From: Escherichia coli
GTDB taxonomy: Bacteria; Pseudomonadota; Gammaproteobacteria; Enterobacterales; Enterobacteriaceae
Strand: one strand, 5' to 3'
Assembly: GCF_029227855.1 (NCBI RefSeq)
Contig: NZ_CP074356.1
Length of the DNA: 64,000 nt
Both the position numbers and the translations under genes were made by a program. Of this stretch, positions 20,373 through 31,564 are shown piece by piece. The notes under the pieces are model-generated. The model saw nothing but the letters and a program-made list of their open reading frames with translations. It was not told the DNA's origin and did no database searches. Within the stretch, counting starts at the first letter, position 1. Each line of letters starts with the position of its first letter.

Positions 20373-21062
20373 TTACAGGTTAAATTCAGGGAGACATATG
20401 TTTTTTTCATCATGTCTATATTTGTCTATGGCAAGTGATATATCCTTGTAATATAAGGTGTGATTATTCCTCCCAAAGTAAATGGCCTCATCGCAATATT
20501 CTTTTAATAAGTTAAGACTATGAGAGACTATCAAAAAATTTGATTTTTCATGTTTTTCCCTAAATAAGGAAAAACATTTCTCTTTAAATCTGGCGTCTCC
20601 CACAGCCATAACTTCATCAACAAGATAATAATCAAAATCAAATGCCATGCTGAGTCCAAATCCTAACCGAGAACGCATGCCAGAAGAATATGTTTTTATT
20701 GGCATGTCAAAGTATTTCCCCAGTTCGGAAAATTCCTCTACAAATGAAACCTTATCTTGCAGCTCATCTTTTTTAGCATAAAGTCTTGCAACAAATTTAA
20801 CATTTTCACGCCCTGTCAGACTGCCTTGAAAACCACCAGCTAAACCTACTGGCCATGAAATGGTTTGATCAGTAAGTATTCTCCCCTTATCTGGTCGATC
20901 TATACCACCTATTATTCGAAGCAATGTTGATTTACCTGCACCATTGCGTCCAACTAAAGCAACACTTTTTCCTGTGGGTAATTCAATATTTAAATCTTTA
21001 AAAACATAATGTCTTCCTTTAGGTGTACGATATGATTTGGTGAGATTCTCAATACGTATCAT
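20373..21062 (-). CDS. kpsT: capsule polysaccharide export ABC transporter ATP-binding protein KpsT
   Basis: Walker A GRNGAGKST, ABC signature YSSGMRSRL, Walker B DYYLVDE; start placed at MIRIENLTK, overlapping the kpsM stop (ATGA). Confidence 0.9.
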   Translation of the reverse strand: MIRIENLTKSYRTPKGRHYVFKDLNIELPTGKSVALVGRNGAGKSTLLRIIGGIDRPDKGRILTDQTISWPVGLAGGFQGSLTGRENVKFVARLYAKKDELQDKVSFVEEFSELGKYFDMPIKTYSSGMRSRLGFGLSMAFDFDYYLVDEVMAVGDARFKEKCFSLFREKHEKSNFLIVSHSLNLLKEYCDEAIYFGRNNHTLYYKDISLAIDKYRHDEKNICLPEFNL

Positions 21063-21838
21063 GAGGTTAACATAGCCTCCTCTTTGAAACGGTAAAGGCA
21101 AAGTCCTACGAAAAACACTACTAAAGAAAAAAATGCAAGATAATTAATACTAACACCTTCACTTATATATCCCGGTACAACAGATTGGCGACTTAACTCC
21201 ACAACATGTACTAAAGGATTCCATAATAAATATCCCCAGTATATTTTAGGGATAGAATGGAGAGGAAACATTACGCAAGATATGAAATAAAGAGGTTTAA
21301 TCATTATGGGCAAAAATTTTTCCGTTTCTGGGAAAGTTTTACCTAACACCATGAAAATTAAACCTATACCAAGAGAAAATATAATAAGTAATCCCCAAGT
21401 TGCAGCGAGTATAATGATGTTTAAAAATGAAAATTCTTCTCCAAGTAGACCTACAATTGACATGAGGATTATGTAAACACCACTATATATTAATGCTTCA
21501 AGAAGGGTTCGTGAAATTATGGTGTCAATAGGCTTTATAGGCCTGTAATTAAATAAGCCCTGATTAGAGTTTATTGCTCCAATAGAGCGGACAGCAATAT
21601 TACTAAAAAGAAAATAAGGGATAAGTCCGTTTAGAAGAAACACTGGGAACGATATATCTGGCATAGTTCTATGCATAATATATCCAAATATACCAATCAA
21701 GATTATCAAATGTGCTGTTGGCTCAAGGAGTGCCCATAAATACCCCAGACGATATTTACCAAAACGAGTCTTAATTTCACGAAGAAATAAAGCTTTTACT
21801 GCTGCTATTTGAACTTCAAAACCACTTCTTCTAGCCAT
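21059..21838 (-). CDS. kpsM: capsule polysaccharide export ABC transporter permease KpsM
   Basis: Start at internal Met (MARRSGFEVQ...), giving about 259 aa with six hydrophobic segments and the characteristic C-terminus ...EEAMLTS. Confidence 0.9.
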   Translation of the reverse strand: MARRSGFEVQIAAVKALFLREIKTRFGKYRLGYLWALLEPTAHLIILIGIFGYIMHRTMPDISFPVFLLNGLIPYFLFSNIAVRSIGAINSNQGLFNYRPIKPIDTIISRTLLEALIYSGVYIILMSIVGLLGEEFSFLNIIILAATWGLLIIFSLGIGLIFMVLGKTFPETEKFLPIMIKPLYFISCVMFPLHSIPKIYWGYLLWNPLVHVVELSRQSVVPGYISEGVSINYLAFFSLVVFFVGLCLYRFKEEAMLTS

Positions 21839-21865
21839 TTGAGATATAACCTTAATATATTTTGG

Positions 21866-21877
21866 TACGCTACCGCC
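21866..21877 (-). promoter_or_regulatory. ops (RfaH-loading) element in the kpsM leader
   Basis: Minus-strand sequence GGCGGTAGCGTA about 30 nt upstream of the kpsM ATG; matches the GGCGGTAGnnT ops core found in JUMPstart leaders. Confidence 0.6.
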
Positions 21878-22247
21878 CTTGGCTCTAGCTACCAGCATGC
21901 TCGGGCGTACCATATGAGACAAACCAGAATGGACAGATAAATATTTCGTCTGGTATTAGTTTGTCTTTTCTTTACGAAAATACTTATAGATTGGACAATG
22001 AAAAATTTGGTTTAAGGCAGTCCAACCTATGTAATGTTATTGAAACATCCTGCTAATAATCTTAAATTTAATGTTTCATTAAGTTCTATCAATTTAAACA
22101 CATTGATTTGCGAATTCTATCATTTAGACTTACAGATAACTCCAGTGTTTAATATGTAAACATGCCTCATAAATTGCAAGGTAGATTGCAGGTTGCTAAT
22201 CTTTTGTTACTTATATAAAATCTGTTTTGTTTATTTTATATCAAATT

Positions 22248-23480
22248 TTATTTATTGTTCAATGCAGAATTGGTTTCTAATGTAATAGTGTCGCAGTGTA
22301 ACTGTGACTCCCCATAATAAACCCCATTAACCTGCGTCTTCACCAATAAATACCCCCGAAACTTCTTAAACAGTTTCATATCCGGTTTAAAATCGGCCTG
22401 CCAGAACTGGTGCAAATGCCCTTGATACGTCAAGCCTTTGATGTCGTACAGGGCATTGCCCATCACTTTGAGTGGTTTGTTATGAATCAGCGCAGAGATC
22501 CCCGCCGTACTGTTAATCGTCACTACCGCTTTTGCATGGCGTAATAATTCCGGCATCGGGAGATCGTGCACATAAATGACTCGCTCATCTAAGCCATATT
22601 CCTTACTCAATCGCTTAATTAATGGTCGATAGAGTCTGTGACCACGATCCATCGGATGATGTTTGATCACCAAATAACTTTCTTTCGGCGCTTTACGTGA
22701 AAATGAGTACATGACTTCATTAATATAGTCACGCACATCGTTATAATTACTGTGGTTACGAATCTGGCTATCGTTATATACCTGCAAAACGGCAAGATAA
22801 TAACGCTGGTCCAGCTCGTTCATTAACCTCGGTAATACCTTACGCTGTGTTACCTTGTAAAGTTGCTTGCGCCAGTATGCACGAACCCAGCAACGAGCCT
22901 CATACCAGGGGGAAAACGATTTATGGTGGCGGTAGCGAGGGAACTCATGGCGGTAATGCCAGCCCATCAGGTAATACCACATCGCATGACCTATACGTTT
23001 CATCGTTGAAGGTTTAAAGTTCTCAACGTGCGGCGTAGGCATATCTGGTAACTTACGATAAAAATCCGGATCGCGCGGTAGCGATGAATATGCGTTTACT
23101 CCGCCTTCTTCAACGGTAATAAATTGCGGGCGTAAATATCCTTCCTCAAATGCCAGAAAGCGGATCCCTTTCGACTTTGCCCAACGTTTTGCTTCTTTGT
23201 GCAATGGGCGGCAGTCACCAAAGCAGAGGATGGTATCAAAGTCATATTGCCGGTGGAGATCCCGTAACCATCCGGGGAACTCTTTCGGCGTTTGGTAGTA
23301 AGCCAGGTATTGTCGATGGCGGCAGTAAAAACGATCCCCACCGTTGAATACAACATTCACAGCGTTACGTCCTAATGACTCTAACCATTCGGCGACGTCA
23401 TTGAAAAAAGGTCCCATCGGCCCCTGCAATAGCAGATATTTTTTACCGGATAATAAAACGGTTAGAGCATTACCTTGCAT
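22248..23480 (-). CDS. kpsS: capsule biosynthesis protein KpsS (beta-Kdo transferase that starts the glycolipid linker)
   Basis: 410 aa ORF following kpsC, with conserved KpsS-type motifs (TINSTAGISALIHNKPL). Confidence 0.9.
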   Translation of the reverse strand: MQGNALTVLLSGKKYLLLQGPMGPFFNDVAEWLESLGRNAVNVVFNGGDRFYCRHRQYLAYYQTPKEFPGWLRDLHRQYDFDTILCFGDCRPLHKEAKRWAKSKGIRFLAFEEGYLRPQFITVEEGGVNAYSSLPRDPDFYRKLPDMPTPHVENFKPSTMKRIGHAMWYYLMGWHYRHEFPRYRHHKSFSPWYEARCWVRAYWRKQLYKVTQRKVLPRLMNELDQRYYLAVLQVYNDSQIRNHSNYNDVRDYINEVMYSFSRKAPKESYLVIKHHPMDRGHRLYRPLIKRLSKEYGLDERVIYVHDLPMPELLRHAKAVVTINSTAGISALIHNKPLKVMGNALYDIKGLTYQGHLHQFWQADFKPDMKLFKKFRGYLLVKTQVNGVYYGESQLHCDTITLETNSALNNK

Positions 23481-23514
23481 AAATAATTTCCGTAATAGTC
23501 AACTATGAAATTGT

Positions 23515-25542
23515 TTAGCCAAATCTGACCTTGCAGAACATAATTAATTTGCGGTAATAACGTATTACTCGCCCCGCTTTTTTTCTGGTAATAAACAACG
23601 GCTTGCGCGGCGTCTGGATCAAATATTCCGCCGCCTCTTCAACCGTAATAGGTTGTAGCCGTGTTGGGTGGATATAGGTTGGATAAACAATCAACGCCTG
23701 ATAGATCAAATCTGCTAACGTTAATTTTTGCTCGCGGCGCGGGCAGTGATGTTCATCAACGGTTAAACCCCAACCGGCATAGAAGGGCAGGCCGTAACAA
23801 TGAACTTGCTTGCCATGTAATAACGCTTCAAACCCGGACAATGATGTCATGGTGTGCACTTCATCTGCGCGCTGAATGCATTGAATAATATCTGCGTCCA
23901 GTGCCTGATAATCAGCGAGTTCAGCAATTAGTTCTGCCGGAATGTCGCCCTTGCGATTCCCCACCAGTACATCCGGGTGCGGTTTATAAACAATGTAGGC
24001 GTGCGGATTACGCTCGCGTACTGTGCGTAATAACTCAAGGTTGCTCTTAATCGAGACAGTGCCTGTTTTAATAGAGGCATCGTCCTCTACCTGACCCGGC
24101 ACCAGGATAACTTTTTTATCTTTGGCTTCGGCTGGTAGAGAGAAATTGGCTCCCAGGTTGTACTTACTCAGTTTGCTTTCAACCAGTCGCTGGCGTAATT
24201 TTTCAGCTCGCATCTGCTGCGCCAGCGTTAACTGGCTGTGATTAAGCAGGACTTCCAGGTCGCTGGGGCGCGTGGCGTCATAGTAGATCCCGCGTTTATC
24301 CAGTACCAACGATAGCGGCGGCAGCAGGTCAGAGCCAAGTCCGGATGAACGCAGAAAACCATCTTCCATTCGCCATAACGGCAGTGATTTTTGTTGCGCT
24401 TCGGCTAGCCATTGCTGTTCTCCCTTTACACCCCATACCACGCAAGCCGTCGCCGCAGTACAGCGGCGTGAATAACTCAGTCTGTTTGTTGCGGTACGCA
24501 AGAAAGGTTTCAGGATTGCCGACTTCCACAGCGTTAAGCCTGGCGACCATAAATAGCCATTACGCTGTTGCTGATGGTTGCGCTGTAATTGCAGCCATTG
24601 CAGTACGGTAAACAGATCGCTTGCGGCCCCCGTGAGCGGGTCGATATAGCGACAGTAACGCAGGTATGCAGCGGCAAAAAGTTCTTCCAGCGTGGCAGAA
24701 CCGCGTCGGGCAGATAACAAAGCGGACTGCGGATGGCGATCGTCGGTTAAGCCCCAGCCTGCATACCAGGGCTGGCCGAAACATGTTACTGGTTTTCCTG
24801 CCAGCAAGGCTTCAAAGCCGTATTGGGATGTCACGACGTAAACCCGGGAAACGTGTCGCAACAGCGACTGCGGGCTGACATTCTCGGCAATCAAACGTAC
24901 TCGTTGCGTGGCGCGCAGATCAGCGAAATAACCTGTTTTCTTTCCTTCCAGGACATCCGGATGCACCTTCACCCAAATTTCGGCTTGAGGATTTTCCGCC
25001 ATCGCGGCTTCCAGCATGGCAGCAAACTCATGCGGGCCAGCATTGCCATACGTCACTGACATATCATTAAATGTCTGATCGACAACCAGAACGATGTCTG
25101 AACGTTCTGACTCATCAGCCACAAACGCAGGTGCCAGGTTATATTTCGACAAATCCCCGGTCACGATGGTGTGCATCGCTTCTCTGGCCAGGCTTATCAG
25201 AGCTGTATTTCCGGCTTTATCCTGTACCAGTTTCTCCAGTGCTGAAGGCTTGCTGGCATCGTAGTAAATGCCACAATCATCCACCACCAGAGAAAGCGGC
25301 GGCTCGCCATTGACGCCAAGATCCAGCGAACGCACAAATCCATCTTCCAGACGAATGACGGGTTTTCCCGCTGCTTTGGCGATGGCGACTGGTTTCGCCG
25401 CGCTGGGACGATGTCCCCACACGGCGATAGCATCAACTTCTTGTGGAACAGGGCGCAGCAGAGAAAGTTTCTGGCACGGTTGCGCCAGAAATTTCTCCAG
25501 ATGCGGAATACGCCAGATACCGGACGAGAAAATGCCAATCAT
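23515..25542 (-). CDS. kpsC: capsule biosynthesis protein KpsC (dual-module beta-Kdo transferase)
   Basis: 675 aa with two repeated modules each containing EDGF[VL]RS...GFEALL...FYAGWGLT; overlaps kpsU stop. Confidence 0.9.
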   Translation of the reverse strand: MIGIFSSGIWRIPHLEKFLAQPCQKLSLLRPVPQEVDAIAVWGHRPSAAKPVAIAKAAGKPVIRLEDGFVRSLDLGVNGEPPLSLVVDDCGIYYDASKPSALEKLVQDKAGNTALISLAREAMHTIVTGDLSKYNLAPAFVADESERSDIVLVVDQTFNDMSVTYGNAGPHEFAAMLEAAMAENPQAEIWVKVHPDVLEGKKTGYFADLRATQRVRLIAENVSPQSLLRHVSRVYVVTSQYGFEALLAGKPVTCFGQPWYAGWGLTDDRHPQSALLSARRGSATLEELFAAAYLRYCRYIDPLTGAASDLFTVLQWLQLQRNHQQQRNGYLWSPGLTLWKSAILKPFLRTATNRLSYSRRCTAATACVVWGVKGEQQWLAEAQQKSLPLWRMEDGFLRSSGLGSDLLPPLSLVLDKRGIYYDATRPSDLEVLLNHSQLTLAQQMRAEKLRQRLVESKLSKYNLGANFSLPAEAKDKKVILVPGQVEDDASIKTGTVSIKSNLELLRTVRERNPHAYIVYKPHPDVLVGNRKGDIPAELIAELADYQALDADIIQCIQRADEVHTMTSLSGFEALLHGKQVHCYGLPFYAGWGLTVDEHHCPRREQKLTLADLIYQALIVYPTYIHPTRLQPITVEEAAEYLIQTPRKPLFITRKKAGRVIRYYRKLIMFCKVRFG

Positions 25543-26279
25543 GCGTTTTCAGCCAGTTCCTGTGCCATCAGGGCGCGCACTTTTTCCAGGCATGCTGGGG
25601 TGTCGACGCCCGGACCGGTTGCGGCAACCTCAAATGTGCGGATGTTGATCCCCGCGCTCATCAACCGCAGCTGCTCCAGTGATTCTGCCTGCTCCGGCAT
25701 GGACTCCGGTAACTGGCTGTAGTTTTGCAGCACATCACGACGATAAGCATAAATACCGACGTGTTTCAGGTAGCGCGCTTTTTCAGCATTACGCGGATAC
25801 GGAATCGGCGAACGGCTGAAATAAAGTGCATCCTGGCGGGTATTCACAACCACTTTTACCGTGCTTGGCTCGGCCGCTTCTTCGGCAGAAATCGCGTGGC
25901 ATAGCGTTGCCACTGGCAACGCGGGATCGTCACGCATTCCTTGTAGCAGCGTTTCTACATCCCGCGGGCGAATCATTGGTTCATCGCCCTGCAAGTTAAT
26001 GTAGATATCTGCTTCCACCGTATGCATTACCTCGACCAGCCGATCGGTGCCGGATTCATGATCGTTGCGCGTCATGATGGCTTTCCCGCCAAATGCCTGC
26101 ACGGCCTTTTCAACACGCGGGTCGTCTGTTGCCACCCAAACTTCCGCAACGCCCGCCACCTGTAACGCACGCTCGTAAACATGCTGGATCATCGGTTTAC
26201 CAACAATATCGAGCAGTGGCTTACCCGGCAGACGCGATGAGCCATAACGAGCCGGGATGACAATAACAGCTTTGCTCAT
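25539..26279 (-). CDS. kpsU: CMP-Kdo synthetase KpsU
   Basis: 246 aa; N-terminal [22 protein letters not shown] nucleotide-binding motif of KdsB-family cytidylyltransferases. Confidence 0.9.
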   Translation of the reverse strand: MSKAVIVIPARYGSSRLPGKPLLDIVGKPMIQHVYERALQVAGVAEVWVATDDPRVEKAVQAFGGKAIMTRNDHESGTDRLVEVMHTVEADIYINLQGDEPMIRPRDVETLLQGMRDDPALPVATLCHAISAEEAAEPSTVKVVVNTRQDALYFSRSPIPYPRNAEKARYLKHVGIYAYRRDVLQNYSQLPESMPEQAESLEQLRLMSAGINIRTFEVAATGPGVDTPACLEKVRALMAQELAENA

Positions 26280-26288
26280 TTCAACTCC

Positions 26289-27968
26289 TTACAAAGACAG
26301 AATCACTTTTGCACCCACCGCCAGCTGATAGAGGATGGTGGAAATACCACGGGTAACTTCAATATTTTTCGATTCATATTTCGGTAGAACCATAATCTCA
26401 TCGCCCGGCTTGAGTGAATCCACGTCTTCTGCGTTGACGGCTGCACCGTTCTGACGAATGACGATAATTCTGGCGTTACCCGATTTCTGCGTCAGGCCAC
26501 CACATTTCTCGATGTAATCCTCGGTGGTCATACCCTTCTGCCAGCTCACCGCGTTCGGGAACAGCACTTCGCCATGAACCATAACCAGCGATGTTTTCTC
26601 CGGAATATTGATGACGTCGCCATCTTCAAGCAGAACAGAATCAATATTGGATTCGTTGAGGATCACTTCACCTTTCGGAACCACGGTGCGTGCTTTCGCC
26701 ACAAAGCGGCTGATCAGTTGTGCTTCCTGCATTCGCAGGCTGGCTTCTTCTTTGGTGGATGACTGGGCAGAAAGTGAGGCTTCCTCCAGTTTTTGCAGCG
26801 AGAGATTCAGCATCTCTTTCTGACGCTGAGCTACTGATGGGCGATAAAGCTGAACCGCGTTCATCTGCGACATGCTGTTCGGGCGGACTTTTTCCAGAAC
26901 CGCACGCATAGTGGAACCATAAGGCAGTACCATGGCATGTTCACCGGAGTGCGCGCCTTCAACCCGCACCTGAATGGTGCCGGCATAGCGGTCAGTGCTC
27001 ACGATTAAGGTATCGCCATTTTGCAACATACGGCCTGGTGCAGAACTGATCGGATAGTATTCGCTGCGTTTTTGCAGCCCCTGTTTACGCATAATCGTAA
27101 TGTGAGTCGCGCCAGGCTTAGGGCGCGCCCAGCTCAACGCTTCCGTTACGGGAATGCTGCTTTCGCGGAACTCAAAGTCGTAGCTGTTAAAGACATCGCC
27201 CTGAACGCTGAAAGTATGCTGACGCGGCCCGACGATGATGGTGTCACCATCGGCGAACTGCGAAAGCCCCAGTTTGCCGTTCAGCAGGAAGTCGTACAGG
27301 TTGACGTTGGAGCGCACGCGGTTACCGCGCTTGACCACAATATCAACGTAACTTCCGCGCTCTGGATCAACGCCGCCAGCCTTGATCAGATAATTGAGTA
27401 ACGAATCAGACGTCACACCGCCATACAGACCAGGATTACGCACAAATCCGGTCACGTACACTTTTACTGGCTGCGCCTGTAATAAGGAGGCGTAGACGTT
27501 GACGTTGGACTGGTACACTTCCTTCACTTTTGATGTAACCAGAGTGTTCAACTGACTATTGCTAACCCCGGCAACTTTCACCGGACCAACGTTTGGCAGA
27601 AAAATATTACCTTTGGGATCAATCTGTAATGCACCATCAAAGGTGAACGCACCCCACAAGCGAACCTGAATGCTATCACCCGGATTCAGAATATAGTCAG
27701 GGTTGAATCCTACCGTCGCACCGCTATCCGCGCTGGTGCCGTTGAAAAGTTGAGCACCAAACATACGGCTCATTACCACCGGCGGTGCGGGGGGTGGAGT
27801 ATTGTCGAAGCCGCTCATGTTTTGCGTATCCGACTGTTGCCCGTTCAGAATACCGGTAAGCGGCGCGGCTCCTGTCAGGTTTGGGTCAGCGTTAATATCA
27901 ATGGCCGCGCTGGCCTGCGCCGCGTGACAGGCGGCAATCAGTAAAATTGATTTAAATAATTTCATCAC
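26289..27968 (-). CDS. kpsD: capsule export periplasmic/outer-membrane protein KpsD
   Basis: 559 aa with signal peptide (MMKLFKSILLIAACHAAQA); conserved position between kpsE and kpsU. Confidence 0.9.
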   Translation of the reverse strand: MMKLFKSILLIAACHAAQASAAIDINADPNLTGAAPLTGILNGQQSDTQNMSGFDNTPPPAPPVVMSRMFGAQLFNGTSADSGATVGFNPDYILNPGDSIQVRLWGAFTFDGALQIDPKGNIFLPNVGPVKVAGVSNSQLNTLVTSKVKEVYQSNVNVYASLLQAQPVKVYVTGFVRNPGLYGGVTSDSLLNYLIKAGGVDPERGSYVDIVVKRGNRVRSNVNLYDFLLNGKLGLSQFADGDTIIVGPRQHTFSVQGDVFNSYDFEFRESSIPVTEALSWARPKPGATHITIMRKQGLQKRSEYYPISSAPGRMLQNGDTLIVSTDRYAGTIQVRVEGAHSGEHAMVLPYGSTMRAVLEKVRPNSMSQMNAVQLYRPSVAQRQKEMLNLSLQKLEEASLSAQSSTKEEASLRMQEAQLISRFVAKARTVVPKGEVILNESNIDSVLLEDGDVINIPEKTSLVMVHGEVLFPNAVSWQKGMTTEDYIEKCGGLTQKSGNARIIVIRQNGAAVNAEDVDSLKPGDEIMVLPKYESKNIEVTRGISTILYQLAVGAKVILSL

Positions 27969-27988
27969 AAACTCATTCAGCGACAGCG

Positions 27989-29137
27989 TTAGTCTCGGTG
28001 ATCTTCAATAACAGCCAGCAACAGTTTCAGGGTGCCGAACAGCAGGCAGCACACCAGTAACCAGCAGGCGATCAAATAAGGGATATTTGGAAAAGACGAT
28101 TCCTGCGGCAACTGTGGCGAACTGATCACTGACAGCACCTTGAGCTTACGAGCCGCTTCTACACGGGTCTTTTCAATGGAGGTCAGGGTCAGTTTGTACA
28201 GCTCGGTGTTGAACTCTACTTTTGATTTGATTTCTTCAAAATCCACCGCCATACGGTTTAGCTTGTCACCCTGCGGCGCTGTGATTTTGCTTTTTTCTTC
28301 GTCAATTTGTGCCTGCAATGACTGAATCGCATTACGCGCACTCACAACTTGCGGGGCGTCCTCACGCAGATACGTCAGCAAGTTCCGCAGGTCCGCTTCC
28401 ATCTGGATCTTCTGGCCCATCAGCGTATTCACTAACGTGCTCGCCGCCTGTGCCTGTGCCTGTGGATCCAGAACGTTGTTGTTGTCTTGATAAGAGAGCA
28501 ATTCCGCTTTGCTGGCGTCCAGACGCTGGCGTGCCTTTTCCATCTCCGTTTCTGCAAAGGCAAGCTGGTCACGCGCGATGCGATGTGACATCTCATTGAT
28601 AAAGCGCTCTGACTCTTTCAGCACGGTTTGGTTAAACTTAAGCGCAAATTCCGGGCTAAAGCCCTGCGTCTGAATATTCAGTAATCCGGTTTTATCGTCA
28701 TACGAGACGTTGATACGGTCCTTGTAGTACTTCAGGAAGCCTTCTGCGGTTTCATCCTTGCTAAGATGATTAAGAAAATCGAGCCCGCTGTGGCTAAACG
28801 CTTCACGAAAATTTAGTTGCTTATCCAGCGCCGCCAGCATATCCGGCGAGTTGATGTACTCTTTCAGATACAACGCATCTTCTGCGGAACTGGGGTTAGA
28901 GGCACCCAGAAGCAGACCAAAATTCAGGCTGCCGCTGTTTAAATCATCCGAGCGTTTAATGGCGACTTTCGACTCGCTCATATAGCGAGGCTGGCTGAAG
29001 ATAGCCAGATAGATCAGCAGCACCGCCATCGGTGCCAGAATGATGATTTTCGCCAGGTGTTTTTGGATATCTGCCAGTGAGATGGCAGACAGACGAGCAC
29101 GCATCCAGGATACGGCAGACTTCACTTTTATCAACAT
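27989..29137 (-). CDS. kpsE: capsule export inner-membrane co-polymerase-like protein KpsE
   Basis: 382 aa with N- and C-terminal membrane segments flanking a coiled-coil-rich periplasmic domain. Confidence 0.9.
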   Translation of the reverse strand: MLIKVKSAVSWMRARLSAISLADIQKHLAKIIILAPMAVLLIYLAIFSQPRYMSESKVAIKRSDDLNSGSLNFGLLLGASNPSSAEDALYLKEYINSPDMLAALDKQLNFREAFSHSGLDFLNHLSKDETAEGFLKYYKDRINVSYDDKTGLLNIQTQGFSPEFALKFNQTVLKESERFINEMSHRIARDQLAFAETEMEKARQRLDASKAELLSYQDNNNVLDPQAQAQAASTLVNTLMGQKIQMEADLRNLLTYLREDAPQVVSARNAIQSLQAQIDEEKSKITAPQGDKLNRMAVDFEEIKSKVEFNTELYKLTLTSIEKTRVEAARKLKVLSVISSPQLPQESSFPNIPYLIACWLLVCCLLFGTLKLLLAVIEDHRD

Positions 29138-29208
29138 GTAACGATTATCAAAGTTTCAGTGGGGCGCAAACTCAATGAGAGACTAACCTCTCGCACCCCG
29201 TTGCTTAA

Positions 29209-30192
29209 TTAGTCGAAAATGCGCACAAGGCCAGTGACTTTATTTGCCTTGTTGGTCACCAATAACGTTGAGACGCGGTGCTTTTGCATTTTTTCTTCCG
29301 CTTCAATGATCATGGTGTCTTCCGGTAGCGTCAGCGGTTCACGTGTCATCATCTGCGCAGCCGTGGCGGATGTCAGAGAATCCTCTTTTTCCATAAAGCG
29401 ACGCAGGTCACCGTCGGTGATAATGCCCGCTAGCCCACCTTCTGCGTCTTCTACCATCACCATTCCCTGGCATCCGCTGGTGATACGTTGAATCACGGTT
29501 TTAAATGACGCATCCAGCTGTACCGCAGGAACATCATGCTGCATGACATCAGCAACGCGGGTCAGCAGGCGACGACCTAATGAACCGCCCGGGTGATAGC
29601 GCGCAAAATCATTCGGCATAAATTTGCGTTGGTGGATCATGGCAATCGCCAGCGCATCGCCGATCGCCATCGTCAGCGTGGTAGACGTTGTTGGTGCAAG
29701 ATTATTCGGGCAGGTTTCATTCGCCATGTGGAGTTCCAGCACGGCATCAGCATTTTTCGCCAGCGTGGAATTTCCATTATTGGTAATGGCGATAATTCGG
29801 TTGCCGAAATTTTTCAGTGAAGGAACTAGCTTGAGGATTTCATCCGTTTCACCGCTGGCAGAAATAAGGATCAGAAGATCGTAAGGCGTAATCATGCCCA
29901 GATCGCCATGGAAAGCTTCTGCAGGATGAATAAAGAAACTAGGCGTACCCGTAGAGGCCAGCGTCGCTGACATTTTACGACCGACATGCCCTGATTTACC
30001 CATTCCCGAAAGAATAACGTGACCTTTACAGTTCATTATCAAATTAAGGACACGCTGGTACTGCCCGGAATCCAGTTGTTTAGACAAGTTTTGTAATGCT
30101 GCGCCTTGTTCTGCCAGAGTCTGGCGAACAGAGGTAATTAGATATGGATCGATAGTACTGCTCTGGTCATCAGGTAAATGTCTTTCAGACAT
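29209..30192 (-). CDS. kpsF: arabinose-5-phosphate isomerase KpsF (start at internal Met; the ORF track extends 12 codons further)
   Basis: SIS domain (GMGKSGHVGRKMSATLASTG) plus tandem CBS domains; 327 aa from MSERHLP. Confidence 0.9.
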   Translation of the reverse strand: MSERHLPDDQSSTIDPYLITSVRQTLAEQGAALQNLSKQLDSGQYQRVLNLIMNCKGHVILSGMGKSGHVGRKMSATLASTGTPSFFIHPAEAFHGDLGMITPYDLLILISASGETDEILKLVPSLKNFGNRIIAITNNGNSTLAKNADAVLELHMANETCPNNLAPTTSTTLTMAIGDALAIAMIHQRKFMPNDFARYHPGGSLGRRLLTRVADVMQHDVPAVQLDASFKTVIQRITSGCQGMVMVEDAEGGLAGIITDGDLRRFMEKEDSLTSATAAQMMTREPLTLPEDTMIIEAEEKMQKHRVSTLLVTNKANKVTGLVRIFD

Positions 30193-30400
30193 ATCAGCTC
30201 CTTTGCACGGAAATAATGCCACAGTCACAACAAACCCGAACCCACTATAATTTATTTATGCTAAATCAATGGGTTGTAACAAAATTTTTAATGAATATAA
30301 AACCATGGTCAGTCCATGCTTATATGCAGGACTTATCACCTTCTTATTAAGTCGCAATGTCTCATGGAGGTGCGAAGATGCTGCAATATTACAGGCGAGA
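30193..30400 (-). promoter_or_regulatory. kps region 1 promoter/leader region with an IHF-consensus match
   Basis: AT-rich sequence upstream of kpsF; AATCAATGGGTTG at 30264-30276 fits WATCAANNNNTTR. Sequence motif only. Confidence 0.35.
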
Positions 30401-31002
30401 AGGGGAACCAAATTTTGCCCACCTATTTAACACACCCCTACATTATGAACAAGGAATTTAGGATTTTTATCATTTATTAAAATGTTTCCTACTTGACTAT
30501 TAAGACCAAAAACAATTTATCAATTGATTATTTCCTTGTAAAAAAAGAACGTATGACTATGTTATTAATAAATAAAACACGCAAATAATGGTGATGTTGT
30601 TTTGTGATTAACTATTTAAGTGCGGCATAATAAACAGGTTGATAATTTCTATGTAAAGAAGAGGAAAATAATAAAATTTTAGCGGTGACTATTGAATGAT
30701 GTGATAGTTGTGGTGTTGATTATTTCTGGTAATGAATGCGGAATTAAATCTGGCCGGATTGTATTTTTGCTATATCTATTTTTCAGGAGATTATTATTAA
30801 ATAGAAAAATAACAATGGTGATTATCTCCGGTTGAGCTGGAGTCACGTATGCCAGCGAGTGCTTTCTTCCGGGCCTTCCTTCACTTCAGAGAAAGAGCCT
30901 ATGGAAAAGAGGCAATCATCAGGCTTTTTTTGAGTCATATGCGCCGATAATCAACTGTCTTGAACGTAAAAATTATGGAGCAACATGATGCTACGATTCA
31001 TT

Positions 31003-31233
<231 letters not shown>

Positions 31234-31339
31234 TTATGTGAACTGAACTGTGTTTTGTTAGCGGGGGATGTTTATTGATGATTCGGGAGTGTTTAAGACC
31301 TGATGGCGTTATGCTCCCAAGTTTATTTTATATAAAGAT

Positions 31340-31372
31340 CCAAAAGCAAAAACCCGCCTTGTGAGCGGGTTC
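31340..31372 (-). terminator. rho-independent terminator downstream of pheV
   Basis: Stem aacccgc / gcgggtt with 7 nt loop; the minus strand reads the hairpin followed by a T run. Confidence 0.6.
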
Positions 31373-31383
31373 TTAAGAATTAG

Positions 31384-31459
31384 TGGTGCCCGGACTCGGA
31401 ATCGAACCAAGGACACGGGGATTTTCAATCCCCTGCTCTACCGACTGAGCTATCCGGGC
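31384..31459 (-). tRNA. pheV: tRNA-Phe (GAA)
   Basis: Reverse complement is GCCCGGATAGCTCAGTCGGTAGAGCAGGGGATTGAAAATCCCCGTGTCCTTGGTTCGATTCCGAGTCCGGGCACCA: 76 nt with cloverleaf, GAA anticodon and encoded CCA. Confidence 0.95.
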
Positions 31460-31564
31460 AACGGGGCGCATTAAACCTGATTCGCCTCGTCTCGTCAATC
31501 AAATTTCTTCAATTTACTGCAGACTGCACAATCTATCATCACTTTGCCGCTATTGCACGCATTG

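Noticed and set aside
13137-22250. CRISPR array, toxin-antitoxin or defence system in the low-GC region
   Set aside because: No regularly spaced direct repeats and no nuclease, helicase or methyltransferase-like ORFs; all sizeable ORFs are explained as capsule biosynthesis or export genes.
31346-31460. Possible integrase or att direct repeat marking a pheV island
   Set aside because: No integrase-like ORF flanks pheV, and no copy of the pheV 3' end was seen by eye elsewhere in the window; the island border cannot be defined from this window.
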